This document shows, piece by piece, positions 11,791-24,309 of a stretch of DNA of 64,000 nucleotides (within the stretch, counting starts at the first letter, position 1; each line of letters begins with the position of its first letter). The notes beneath the pieces were generated by a model. That model was not told the origin of the DNA. It searched no databases and was given only the letters and a program-made list of their open reading frames with translations. The translations under genes and the position numbers were made by a program. The stretch comes from Octopus vulgaris. Its lineage: Eukaryota. The stretch lies in assembly GCA_951406725.2 (NCBI GenBank), contig OX597819.1:13020001-13084000 (forward strand), read 5' to 3'.

Positions 11791-12824
11791 AATGCTGCAA
11801 TTTAAGTCTTCAATTTCTTGTTCAGAGTTTTCATTGCCTGTTTATTGTCAGTTGGTGTGGAAGGGGCAATTCAGTTTTAATTTATTTTTGGGATCACCTC
11901 GCTTCACTTACATGGCTAAAACTCTTTAGAAAGGCATGATTGTAAATATTTTAATGTTCCCTTTAAAGACCCCACTTTTCATGCTTATCTAAGAAACAAA
12001 TATTTATCAAGTTAGCCTACCTTAACTGTTAACAACTGATAGAAACTGTTTTTTTTTTTTTTTTTTTTTTTTCTGCTTTTTCTGGGTATTTCTAACTAAA
12101 CTATAAATTACTTGGTGCGAATCAAACCAAAACAGCTAATATTTAGAAAGCTAAACTTTGTTCTATTTAGACGAAGGCTTATGCTCTTCCACCACTATTT
12201 TTTGTGCTTATTATAATGATATATAAAAAAAGATAAAAACAAAAACACCTAAACAAGCATGTTATGCTAGAAATATCTAGTTTATATAACATTTTTGCTG
12301 TTGCCTGGAATAGATCAGGGAATTAGGAATCTGCTTCAGTCACTGGTCATGCTTGGTTGATTATATTTGGCTCTTCACACCTGACTGCTCACAGCTGACT
12401 GGTTGTTATATTTAAATGATAAATAAACGGAGAAATATAAATTGTGAGGAGACTTTAACAAAAATTCAGCAGACATTTGAAGACATTAAATATCTGAAGA
12501 TGATAAATGTTTAAGATGAACTTATTCAGTGTAGTCCATTAAAGGAAATTATCTGCTGGTCCAATTATTTGTGGTGACATATTTCTTTGTCTGCTTTGTA
12601 ACATTTAGAGAATTTTTATGGCAGTAAATGAGAAGACAGCATTAAAAAGTGTGTCAACGAGTCAGTTTTTGTTTTTAGCATTCACTTAACTGTAATATTT
12701 GCAACTTAAATATTTAATGCAGTGAACCAGGGAAATGTAAATTACACTTCTAGTAAGAAGGAAAACAAACTCAGCTAAATTCTGGTCAAAAGGACAAGGG
12801 AGATAATCTTAGGAGTTATATATT

Positions 12825-13040
12825 CTTTTCTACTCTAGGCACAAGGCCTGAAATTTTTTGGGGAAGGGGGCCATTCGATTAGATCGATCCCAGTATGCAA
12901 CTGGTACTTAATTTATCGACTCTGAAAGGATGAAAGGCAAAGTTGACCTCGACAGAATTTGAACTCAGAATATAAAGACAAACAAAATACCGCTAAGAAT
13001 TTCACTTGCCATGCTAATGTTTCTGCCAACTCACCACTTT
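12825..13040 (-). mobile_element. SINE family M
   Basis: Reverse of the family M consensus; TSD TAGGAGTTATATATT on both sides. Confidence 0.88.
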
Positions 13041-13840
13041 CCTAGGAGTTATATATTAAAAACAGAATGCAGCAAAATTCTGGTCAAAAAAAGCAAGGGA
13101 AATAACTTTGGGAATGGAATCAAAAGCAGACTTCAATGGTGGTGGTAAGAGTCTTCTAAAAGTAACTGAGGCATTCCAGGAAGGAATTCAAAGTATATTT
13201 GACATCTAATTTAGAAGCTTCCAGTCATGAGAGATAACCTATCCTCCTGAAAGAATCTTTTAGCAAAGATAAACAACTTTAGATAGTTACAGTTATTGTT
13301 TAGCTCCGTGCTAAACAATAACTCAATTAACCAGAACTATGATGAAAGATATTCAAGCAGTGATCATTCGTCTTATTTGCTCATCTCTTCCCAAATAGTT
13401 TCTTTTCCAGCCTCTTGATTATCTTCAAAACACTACTGTTGTTGTTCAGTCTTGATTCAGCAAACATTTCATTAAAGACCCACTCATGACCACCCTGTCA
13501 TTTTTTCTCCAGGCATGGTTTCTCAAAGTGCATTAGCCTACGTCTTCTTAAGACAGCAGCTTGTGATTTAAGTAAGATTTGACTGCTATTTCTATCAGGT
13601 GTGTCTACCCAATAGAGGTTTCCCTGTTGATTTGTTGTTATCTCAGGTGTATCTCTAATTTAAGAGTCTTCTTTTTTATTGCACTTGTGACCATCATGGT
13701 CAATGTTGATCTTACAGATAGCTTAGCTTGGCCATCTTCCTGAATGCTTCAATGATTTCATGCAAGCATACCATCCATCATGATCCCCCATGCATGTTCT
13801 TAATTCATTAACATTTGCCATTCCATTGTCCTGAAACAAA

Positions 13841-14001
13841 GGAGTGGCTGTGTGGTAAGTAGCTTGCTTCCCAACCACATGCTGCCGGGTTCAGTTCTAC
13901 TGTGTGGCACCTTGAGCAAGTGTCTTCTACTATAACCTCGGGCTGACCAAAGCCTTGCGAGTGGATTTGGTAGACAGAAACTGAAAGAAGCCCTTTGTAT
14001 T

Positions 14002-14045
<44 letters not shown>

Positions 14046-14238
14046 TACCCCCAACATTGCTTGACAACCGATGCTGGTGTGTTTACATCCCCGTAACCTA
14101 GCAGTTCGGCAAAAGAAACCGATAGAATAAGTACTAGGCTTATAAAGAATAAGTCCTGGGGTTGATTTGTTCGACTAAAGGCAGTGCTCTGGCATGGCCA
14201 CAGTCAAAGGACTAAAACGAATAAAAGAATAAAAGAAA
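13841..14238 (+). mobile_element. SINE family A
   Basis: Full consensus match. Confidence 0.9.
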
Positions 14239-14249
14239 GAATAGGTTAG

Positions 14250-14750
14250 ACATTTTCTTCCCCTGTTGCTTCTTCCTTCACTTGAATGCCAGAAGACCAG
14301 ATAATGTTGAACCTGAAGTTTTGAAGGCAAAACAATAATCAGAATTGGACCTGCACCCTATTCCCAAACCAGGGGATCTCAGCAATATTAAGAACTATGA
14401 AGACATTGCATTATCTCCAATAGTAGCCAAACTCTTCAACAAAATGGTCCTTCCCTGACTACAGCCAAGGATTGCTAAACATTGAAACAAGAATGGATTC
14501 CAAACTGGTAGATCCACATTCAGACTCTCTTTTACTCTTTTACTTGTTTCAGTCATTTGACTGTGGCCATGCTGGAGCACCGCCTTTAGTCGATCAAATC
14601 GACCCCAGGACTTAATCTTTATAAGCCTAGTACTTATTCTATCGGTCTCTTTTGCCAAACCACTAAGTTAAGTCTGTGAAAGTTAATTGAAGAGGTCAAA
14701 GCACACAATAGGAAAGCCGTCATCCTATATGTTGATTTCAAGATGTTGAT
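14250..14750 (+). mobile_element. Decayed LINE RT N-terminal fragment (RTE-X-like), split by a family A fragment at 14525-14670
   Basis: Translates PIPKPGDLSNIKNYEDIALSPIVAKLFNKMVL...NGFQTGRST, then LIEEVKAHNRKAVILYVDF. These correspond to non-LTR RT motifs 0-3. Confidence 0.8.
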
Positions 14751-15142
14751 CTGGAGTTTAACAACAACAATAATAGTAACAAGAACAACGCTACTTATCC
14801 AGCTTCCACCCTCTCACCTAACAACACACAAAAAAAAACATTTAGAAAAAGAAAGATAGTAGAAAATGACAAAATATTTCAAAGTTAAACATCCTTTTAA
14901 AATAACAGAATCTATGAACTCTGCTGCAGTCCTCGCTTGTTCTACAGGAACGAATTCTTTAGAAATCCTAGAATTACGATAATCTAACATCACTCCTTGT
15001 CAAATGGAAATTTCAAGACTTGTTTTTGTTTTGATATTTTTTAATCTTTATCTCAAAATTTTTTTTTTCTCCAGATTTTGTAAAACAGCCTTCGTTCTTG
15101 AAATTTGTTTAGTTTTATTTATGTTTGTTTGTAGATAAGCAC

Positions 15143-15144
<2 letters not shown>

Positions 15145-15211
<67 letters not shown>

Positions 15212-15395
15212 TTTCTGGCTAGAAAACATTGAAGGTGATAGGAGGGAAAAACCATAAATGTTTGGTAAATGACACAATAAATAGTCAAATATATAATGTA
15301 TAATATAAAGTATATACAATGTTTGAGTAATGGACTGTTTACAGTCATTGGGAGTTAATTCTGACCTAACAGATTTATAGCTTGCGATATCTGTG

Positions 15396-15444
<49 letters not shown>

Positions 15445-15870
15445 TAATATACGTGTGTGTGTGTGTATAGAAAATGATATACGTGTGTGTGTGTGTGTGT
15501 GTGTGTATAGAAAATGATATACGTGTGTGTGTGTGTGTGTGTGTATAGAAAATGATATACGTGTGTGTGTGTGTATAGAAAATGATATACGTGTATGTGT
15601 GTGTGTGTATAGAAAATGATATACGTGTGTGTGTGTGTATGCAAGCATGGAAAAGTGGATGTTAAATGATCATGATATATATGTATGCACTTGTATGAAT
15701 GTGTGTTTCTCTCACTCTCATATATATGACACACACACACACACACACACACTATATATATATATATATATCATCATGTGAGTGTATGTGTATATTTATA
15801 CCTGTGTGTGTGTGTGAGTGCATGTATAAACTTATATCTGTGTGTGTGTGTGTGCAAAGATGTATGTTTT
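15145..15870. repeat. Compound microsatellites and a ~32-bp minisatellite
   Basis: (GT)n and (GA)n, plus six AGAAAATGATATAC(GT)nAT units at 15438-15640. Confidence 0.9.
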
Positions 15871-16000
15871 GTGTTTCTATTTCTCATGTCGACACCTCAT
15901 CTGTTGACAGGCCGATGACTGCATCAGTGAAACTGAAAGAAATTCATCTCTATTCAGTGAGTGGTTAACTAGGATGTTATTTGATTCTATGTTAACGGTA

Positions 16001-16032
<32 letters not shown>

Positions 16033-16899
16033 AGGCTATGAAACTGGTTAAGAAGGGCTTATTCGGAAGGGGCAAAGCAGGAATTCACATAACTATGAAA
16101 TTTACTTGCAGTTCATTTCTGCTTCAAACAAGCCACTTTGTGTTGTGAGAAAATTAAAAAAAAAAAAAAAAAAGTGTTGCTCAGAAATAAAGATGGTTTC
16201 TGTATTCTTTGGCTTTCTCTAGAATTTTTGTTATCTTTTTAGACATTTATTTACTTTTTATCAGAAATACACTGACTGAATGGTGTTTTCATTTGGTGGA
16301 CAAAGCCTGCTTACTTCACTGGCTCCACGATGTGTTGGCTTCTGTGTGATCAAGTTACTTAGCTAGTGTCCATCAAGTCCCTAGAACAAACCACGCATTG
16401 CTGCCATTTTCTCTCTGATACTTTTTTGTAGTGTAAAAAAAAAAAAGCAGCAAGTTTTATAGTTTTTCTCACCAGAAAGCACTCTCTTCTCATCATCCTC
16501 ACAGTTACGATTGTCATCACCATCCTCGTCCATCGACCTGCTCCATAAAGTCTGTAGAATATTCCTCGCTGGTTTCGTAGCAGTTGTTCATTTTTAAGGA
16601 CATATTCTTTAACTTTGCAAAACCAAATTGAATCTTCTTTTCTTATAAGACTCTTCTCTGGAAATTTTGGATTACTGACCTCCTGTCTTGGGGGAAAGAG
16701 ATTAAAGGTTATATTATCATGTGACTGAGCTGAAAAGTTGCTAAAAAGTTGATGAAGGAGGTAAGTAAAGCAAAAACAAAGTCTCAATACTTCTTTGATT
16801 GAAATTCTTTATTGTTGCAAAAATATTATTTTGTCTTTTGTCTCCTTCAGGTATCTTTTAGAGCATCATTTTTCTTTAACTATCTGCATCACTTCAGCT

Positions 16900-17137
16900 C
16901 AGGGTTTCTCAACTATTTTTTTTGCCTATGGACCCCCTTTTATCCCTACTTCCCTCTACTGGGCCCCCATAGCCATTTGACTTTTTGAAAAAATATTCTA
17001 TTATAATTTTGTAATTAAATATTATTAGGAAATGTTTAAGAAGTTAAAATATTTCGTTTTATTGCAGAAGTTTAACCAGTTTGTTGTACATAAATTTTAG
17101 CAGCAAAATTTTATGTGGACCCTTAAGAGAAACCCTG
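16900..17137. mobile_element. hAT (Charlie/MER5-like) MITE
   Basis: Perfect 11-bp TIR CAGGGTTTCTC / GAGAAACCCTG; TSD degenerate. Confidence 0.65.
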
Positions 17138-17429
17138 CTTTAAAGGATGGCAGAACTCTTGCAACATTATTCTTTTATTACTGTTACTAGTCACATGATG
17201 AGTAACTTTGGGAGGATAATACTTTCACCACCATAAGTAATATTGGAAATATAACATACATGCAATAATTATGATTTAATTTTTGTTAAATTTCTTCATA
17301 CTTGTACAAAATGATGGAATTAATTTTTTCCAAAGAAAAATATTTATCACCTTAAAATACAGTCAAATAAAATTTCTCATTTGTATAACTCCTCCTGTAA
17401 CTATTATCTACTCCTCCTCCTCCTCCTGT

Positions 17430-18520
17430 TTGGTTGAATATAGGATGTTGTGTTTCCTAGAATTATGGATGACAACAAATGGAATAAATATATTTGTATT
17501 TTTATTTTCACACTAAGCATGAGTATTTCTTTTGATTATGGCATGATTTGTTAACTTTTTGGAGGAATTTCTGTTTTTGAAGGAACATACTTATTGGGTT
17601 GTCTGGAAAGTTGGTGCTGATTTATAGTAGCTTCCCTTTCGGCTTATTTTAGAACATGGTTGAGTCCATAAAATAGGGTTTGACAACACCTCCATTTAGA
17701 GCACAGTTTAAGCTATCTTTTCGTGGAAGAAGGTTTATGTTCCTATAACCTGTGTTAATTCTGTTACCCTTTAAAATGGAGGATAAGAAAGTCTATTTTC
17801 GACACTTGATGCTTTGGGAACCAGACAAAAATTGCTGCAGTTCGGCTGGGATGTGTTACCCCACCCTCCATATTCACCAGATATTGCTCCTTCGGATTTC
17901 CACATATTCAGATCTCTGCAGAATAGTCTTAATGGTAAAAATTTCAATTCCTTGGATGACGTAAAAAGACACCTTGAGGAATTCTTTGCCATGAAACCAC
18001 CTCAATTCTGGGAAGAGGGTATTTTCAAGTTAAAGGAAAGATGGAGATGCATTGTGCAACAAAATTGTTCATATTTCGTTGATTAAAAATGTAATGGCAA
18101 GTATTTATTGACCTTTTTCTTTCCTTTAAAAATCGGCATGAACTTTCCGGACAACCCAATAGTCCAACTGGTCATTTCTCTTGTCTATTTGTGTCTGCAA
18201 CTATTGAGCATAAACATCTTGCCATACTCAACTGTATTGTTACTTTTGCACAGGAAGGGTGGCAAGATCTAAAACCTAAATATTGGTTTGTGCCTATATC
18301 CTTGTAGTAGAGATCACTTGTAACTGTCTGATTTTATTCAATTATTAGAATATCCAAAAAAAGGAGTTCCTTTTCATTCATTTCCATTGTGAACTGGATC
18401 AATTCATGAATGCTGTTTATTAATTTATGGAATTTTGTAAGGTCCTCCTTACTTTTGTTCCAAAATATGAAGCAGTCATCCAAGAATCTTTTCCAGTTCC
18501 CTGTTTAATACATTTGGAAA
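17430..18520 (-). mobile_element. Penelope-like element RT remnant, interrupted by a mariner
   Basis: Minus translation NWKRFLDDCFIFWNKSKEDL...IQFTME...LFLDILI...SDLYYKD...YLGFRSCHP...SMARCLCSIVAD. It resumes past the mariner as LSMFLQKQKF...IPFVVIHNSR. These are PLE RT catalytic, thumb and linker motifs. Confidence 0.85.
17594..18159 (+). mobile_element. Internally deleted mariner (mellifera-subfamily-like)
   Basis: ~30-bp TIRs TTGGGTTGTCTGGAAAGTTGGTGCTGATTT / AAATCGGCATGAACTTTCCGGACAACCCAA with TA TSD. N-terminal MEDKKVYFRHLML is joined to C-terminal GWDVLPHPPYSPDIAPSDFHIFRSLQNSLNG...RWRCIVQQN. Confidence 0.93.
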
Positions 18521-18748
18521 TGATGACCAAAAGTAGATTATTATAAGATTCAGGAATGGAGAAGGAATTGAAAGTGAATGTAAACATGAAGTGCAAAAAA
18601 AAAACAAAATCTCATCTGCTGCATCACATGTCCACAATGCAAAGAGAAATACATTGGAGAAACAGGAATAAAACTAATCAGTTGTGTAAACATGCATAAA
18701 CAGCAAATTACAGATTCATCTGTTAGAAATGTCCCATGTGGTAAACAT

Positions 18749-19134
18749 GTGGAGGCGCAATGGCCCAGTGGTTAGGGCAGCGGACTCGCGGTCATAGGAT
18801 CACGGTTTCGATTCCCAGACCGGACGTTGTGAGTGTTTATTGAGCGAAAACACCTAAAGCTTCATGAGGCTCCAGCAGGGGATGGTGGTGATCCCTGCTG
18901 TACTCTTTCACCACAACTTTCTCTCACTCTTACTTCCTGTTTCTGTTGTACCTGTATTTCAAAGGGCCAGCCTTGTCACTCTCTGTGTCACGCTGAATAT
19001 CCCCGAGAACTACGTTAAGGGTACATGTGTCTGTGGAATGCTCAGCCACTTACACGTTAATTTCATGAGCAGGCTGTTCCGTTGATTCGGATCAACCGGA
19101 ACCCTCGTCATCGTAACCGACGGAGTGCTTTCAT
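18749..19134 (+). mobile_element. SINE family C
   Basis: tRNA head GGAGGCGCAATGGCCCAGTGGTTAGGGCA...GGTTTCGATTCC; TSD CATGTGGTAAACAT at 18735-18748 and 19135-19148. Confidence 0.93.
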
Positions 19135-19330
19135 CATGTGGTAAACATCTAGATATTTGTGCAAATAGAAAATATAAAATATTCCCCTTTCATAAAATGG
19201 AAGACGAAAATGATCGAATATAAAAGACAAAATAAAAGTATTTTACAAGAATTTAAAACCAAATTAGCCTGAAATGTGTGTATGAAAAATGAAAGTACTT
19301 ACACACAAAATACACACTAGATGTGATATG

Positions 19331-19370
<40 letters not shown>

Positions 19371-19539
19371 TATATATATATATGAACTTCATCCATAGAG
19401 GTTAAAGGTTAGTGACATTCTGTTGAATAAAAGAAATTCTTTTAAAATAATTAATAAGTTTTTTTTAAAAATCTTTTTCTAATTATTATAACTGTATCAA
19501 GTAATTTTTACAAAACTTTTATATATACATGCATACATT

Positions 19540-19587
<48 letters not shown>

Positions 19588-19759
19588 TGTCAGTGAGACC
19601 CAAAGGTGTCAGGAACAGAAATGGTGTCCGAGAGACCCAAAGGTGTCAGGTAATGCTGAATAAGTGCTATGGATAGACCATAGTTAAGTTCCAGGTTCGG
19701 TGATTATGTGAATAAGGGGTCCAACATAGGTCATATATCAGCGTGTGCATATAAAAAGT

Positions 19760-19969
19760 TTTTTTCTGCAATAAGATAAAAAAACCAAGGCTGTGTAGAT
19801 TTTAGAACATTTATAAATAGAAGGTCTTACAGCTGTTTCTAGGATACTTATTATATCACTTCAGGTATATAAGGGATATAATAAATATCCTAGAAACAGC
19901 TGTAAGACCTATTTATAAATGTTCTAAAATCTACACAGCCTTGGTTTTTTATCTTATTGCGGAAAAAAA
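19760..19969. repeat. Foldback inverted repeat with hammerhead-like half motifs
   Basis: ~97-bp arms (19760-19857 / 19875-19969) around a 17-nt spacer; each arm carries GAAACAGCTGTA. Confidence 0.9.
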
Positions 19970-20109
19970 TTATATATATATATATATACACACACACATA
20001 TATATATATATATGTATATATATACACACATATATATAATTTATGTGTGTGAGTGTGTGTATACACACACACACTGTAAGCACTTAGTGCAGAAAAAATA
20101 TATATACAG

Positions 20110-20510
20110 TGTTGCTATGTGGTAAAAAGTTTGTTTCTTAACCACATGCTTTTGGGGTTCAGTCCCATTGTGTGACACCTTGGGCAGATGTCTTCTACCA
20201 TTGCCTTAAGCTGAGGAAAGCCTTGTGAGTGGGTTTAGCAAACAGAAACCGAAAGAAGCCCATTGTATATATAAATGTGCATGTGTGTGTGTTTCTGTCT
20301 CCTTGTGTAATAATCGTAAACAAGTGTCACCATTGTACAAGCAATGTCCCTCATTTCTAATTTTCTGTGCAAACATGTCTAGCTATATGGAAAACCTTAC
20401 TGGAAAACAGGCCATGGCTGGCAATGGGAAGGGCCTTAGAAAAATCTGTCTCAAAAAATTCCATCTGACCCGTGTGATTATGGAAAATCAAATGTTCAAA
20501 CAACAATGAT
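20110..20510 (+). mobile_element. Older composite SINE: family A head with a different, B-like 3' half
   Basis: A-type head to about 20270, then a body ending TGGCAATGGGAAGGGCC...ATGGAAAAT. Relatives at 4290-4570, 22210-22630 and 32480-32640. Confidence 0.6.
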
Positions 20511-20832
20511 GTGTACATGCATTGTGTTTGTGATTGTGTGTGAATGAACAAATGGGAGATGAGTCCTCAATACATATAGAGCTTATTTGTTCGAAGTTGA
20601 ATATTTCAGCTGTTGTTGCTCAGAATTTCTTTCTCTGTGTGATCCTTTGAGTGTCTTCTTGATCAAGCTACTCTCAGCATTTAACACTGAGATTGCTAAA
20701 CCTCAAATGCAGCCCTCCGTCAATGGAGTATTACCCTCACATCTGACACACGGCTGCTGTAGCTGCCTATACACAGGCACCTTAAACCAGACAAGGGACA
20801 CTTTTCAATGATTAATATAAAGTCACTTACAG

Positions 20833-21035
20833 GGTGGCAAGCTGGCAGAATCATTAGCATGCCGGCATTTTGTCTGTCTTTACTTTCTGAGTTCAAGTTC
20901 CACTGAAGTTGACTTTGTCCTTCATCCCTTTGGGGGTCAATAAAATAAGTACCAGCTGAGCACTAGAGTTGATGTAATTGACTTACCCCCTCCCAGAAAT
21001 TGCTGGCCTTGTGCCAAAATGTGAAACCAATAGAA
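20833..21035 (+). mobile_element. SINE family M
   Basis: Consensus match. Further M copies at about 28880-29060, 30870-31085, 33420-33615, 45678-45909, 50240-50455, 51721-51950, 61965-62175 and 62205-62422. Confidence 0.8.
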
Positions 21036-21049
21036 AGTCCCTTACAGGG

Positions 21050-21330
21050 AAGCCCCAGCCCCTGACCCACAACCATGCTGCCTCCTCTGCTACTGTAATG
21101 ACCCCTGCTCCTCTTGCCACTTCCAATCTGCATTCCCAACCCACTCATCTCTCCAACTTCAAGCCCTACACTAATCACCATAGCCAGTCCTTCCTTACCA
21201 GAATTGCATCCCTTTGGAATTCCCTCCCTACTCAGGGGTTGATTTACAAAGATTCATGACAAACATTTATGGCACCAATTTCACTGGGTCTGGGGTTTGA
21301 GTTGAGCTATGAGGGCCTGGGCACTGCCTT
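21050..21330 (+). mobile_element. CR1/jockey-group LINE 3' fragment
   Basis: YTNHHSQSFLTRIASLWNSLP matches the SFxxRxxxxWNxLP C-terminal motif. Confidence 0.7.
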
Positions 21331-22302
21331 TTTCTTCAGAGCCAGCAATTAAAAAGTCAAAACAAAAGTCTTCATGATTTCCAATCTTCTATTCCCTTTC
21401 TTCAGTTTTCACTTCATAAATCTTTCGTCTTTGACCAGGTCTCAACTTGGTCAATGTCCAGGCTTATTTCAGTACTTCTTGTGAAATTTCACCTGAAATA
21501 TATAGTCCAAAGAAGCCTCTTTGCAATTGACAGAAATAGCAGTCAAATTTTCAACAAATAGTATTCTATTAAAGTGATGGAATGTTGTCAACTTAATGTG
21601 ACAGTCCCATGAAAGGGAAGAATGCTACTGCTATTTAGCCCTAGAAAATACCATTTCCTTTTGGCCTTGACACAGTTCCTGTGTCCTTATGTTTTCAAAG
21701 GGGAGATAAGCACCTCCACCCAGCAAAGCCAGCATCCAGAGACTAGTTTCAGAGTCATTGCTCATCTATTGCTTGATGAAAGGGAGGATACATTGGACTA
21801 TGTGGTCCTTATATAATGTGCCTGAGAAAAGGGTCAGCGAAAAAAGTCACAACTGCAGTTTTGATCAGAAATCACCAGACAACTACTGCTGCTGTTGCTG
21901 CATAAGTCCAAGTTGAGCCTACAAGAGAACCTCTTTGGTGTTACCTGATCTGCTGAAAATGGCATCTGGAAAAAATCCTTCAAATCACATCTTGGAGGAG
22001 ACACAATGGACACCAAGTCCTGAATTCTCTTAAGCAGACAAGATAGTCATGGTTGGAATACTTTTAATCATGAGTCTGATCAATTATAGATGTCTTCTGC
22101 TTATCTGGTTGTTTAGCTCCAACTGATTCCTGATTCAACAGACTTATGATCAAAAGTATTCCAGCCATGACCATTCCATTTTTTCTTTCTTTAAAAGTAT
22201 CTTCTTTTATAGTCATGATCTGACCAAAGCCTTGTGAGTGGATTTAGTACATGGAAACTGAAAGAATCCCACTGTATGTATGTATATATATATATATATA
22301 TG

Positions 22303-22516
22303 TGAGAGGGGGCTAAAAAGATTCTGGCTTTGGGTAAGAGAAAATACAGGAGGATCAGTTCATTATGATTTTATTCAACATATTCCCCTCTCAGATTGAC
22401 ACACTCATTGCAGCAGTCCTTCAGTTTTTAAACCTGTAAAAGAACTCAGAAGGCTGGGCCTCCAGCTAGACTTTTCATGGTGCCCTTAAAGCCAAGAACT
22501 TTCCAACACCCCCTCA
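22303..22516. mobile_element. Tc1/mariner-type MITE inserted in a SINE (TA)n tract
   Basis: Imperfect ~29-bp TIRs TGAGAGGGGGCTAAAAAGATTCTGGCTTT / AAAGCCAAGAACTTTCCAACACCCCCTCA. Confidence 0.65.
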
Positions 22517-24309
22517 TGTGTGTGCATGATTGTGTCTTCTAATCTTGACATCACAAGAAAACATCTCTGGTCATGGGGAAACATTACCTTGCATGGGGGA
22601 ACAGATGAGGGTTGGTGACAGGGAGAGCAAGCTAGTAGGATATGATTCAAGGGAAATTTGGTTGCTGTTTCTAGCAGATTCAGTAACCACATATAGGCTC
22701 TCTCACTGACTTGGCTGCTACTGCTCCTGTTGCAGCTGCTATCTTTAAGACATAAATAATTAAAACACAAACACCTGGATGAAATTACTGCCCCCATCCA
22801 TCTACCAATCACCATCAAATAGAAGCTATCTGCATACATTATAAACTTCACCAAAATGGGAATAAGTGTACCATGAAGAGCAGATAAATTCTAACACTTC
22901 ACACTGAACCTATTTCTTATGCAAAAGGAAACAATTCTGCAGGCATAAGGCGAGTTTTATATATTATTTATAGCTTGTTTTATTAATTATATTCAACATC
23001 CAAATTTACTATCATTGGGTTGGCTTGCTATGTTTAACCTTCCCTGTTTACATCTACCATAAGGTCCAGCTGTAGAGAGAAACAATGATGACAGACATTA
23101 ATGTATACAAAAGCAAGATGTGTAACCTACTTGTCTAAAATTTCATAATTATTAAATAAACAGCAGATGTATATTTAAAGCCGTAATCTTTTTAGTTTGT
23201 TTCAGATGTAAAAATAGATCCTACTCTCACTGCTGTCAGTCATTATAGCAGCCTACATAATCTCCATCATCATCATCATCATCTAATGTCCATCTTCCAC
23301 ACTAGCATGGGTCAGATTGTTTGACAGCTCTGAAGACTGCATCACACTCCACTGTCTACTTTGCCATGGTTTCTACAACTGAAAGCTCTTCCTAACACCA
23401 GCCACGTTACACTATATACTGGGTGCTTTTTTATATGGTATCAACACTAGTGAGCTTGCTGTGCAGCCAGCAAAACTAAGATCCCTTTTGACTAAGTGGG
23501 GCTACAGTAGAGAGGGATGCAGCTTTATGCTTTGGGATGAGGGGATAGAGTGGGAAACAAGGGTCCAGAACAGGAAAGGTTTCTTGCTGTAGAGGAGCTA
23601 CATTATAGGAGAGAAGAAGAGAGTAACCAGGATGGATCTGAAAAGTGATAAAATAGTGGCATCAAAATTCCATGGTGAACCCTAAAGGTAGGTGAGCAGA
23701 AGTGAAAGGGGGCAAGAGAATAGGAAGTTTGGGTGGCTAGAGGTTGGAGCAGTATATGGGAGAGTGTGATAGGAAATGGACAAGAGAGGAGAATGCTAAG
23801 AGCAAATGTTAAATAATGATAATGTAGGGGAGAGTAGGTGACAACTGTAAATGGGTAGATCCTGGATTGAACACAGGTTGAGGTTCATTAATTCTGGATC
23901 AAATACTGGTTGAGCCTCTGTAATTCTGGTAGTTTCATGGGTTTAGGATGTTAATCTGAATTTGTCAGTTATTAGCTTAGTTGATCATCATTTGTTCAGT
24001 TGTGGTATCCCCAGCATCCCATATTGTTTATTTGTTTGCTGAGTCTGGAGGAAGGGACAGAGCCTGTAGCCCCCCTCCCCCCGCAGTCCTTCATGACTGG
24101 CGAGTTTGATGCTGTTAATGGTCCATTTAAGTTGTAGAAAGTCAACAACTGGAAAGACATGAACAGAGAGGAGGTTCCAAGGTGATGATGTCTTGAGGGA
24201 GAAGGAATGAGAACAGTGGTTAGTGCAGGGGGGAAATGGAGGGAGGCTGGGTGCACCGAGAGTAATGAGAGATGGACAGACAAGTGGAGAGAGGAGATGG
24301 CACACTTGT

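Noticed and set aside
15884-15940. Hammerhead-like CCGATGA-CTGCATCAGT-GAAAC
   Set aside because: Core is altered, stem II is out of register, and no stem I/III pairing with a cleavage triplet was found.
16359-16787. 142-aa minus ORF
   Set aside because: Non-ATG start, runs through a homopolymer, no recognisable domain.
18749-18825. tRNA genes at the heads of families A, C and M
   Set aside because: A/B boxes are present, but there is no proper acceptor stem; they continue into SINE bodies with TSDs.
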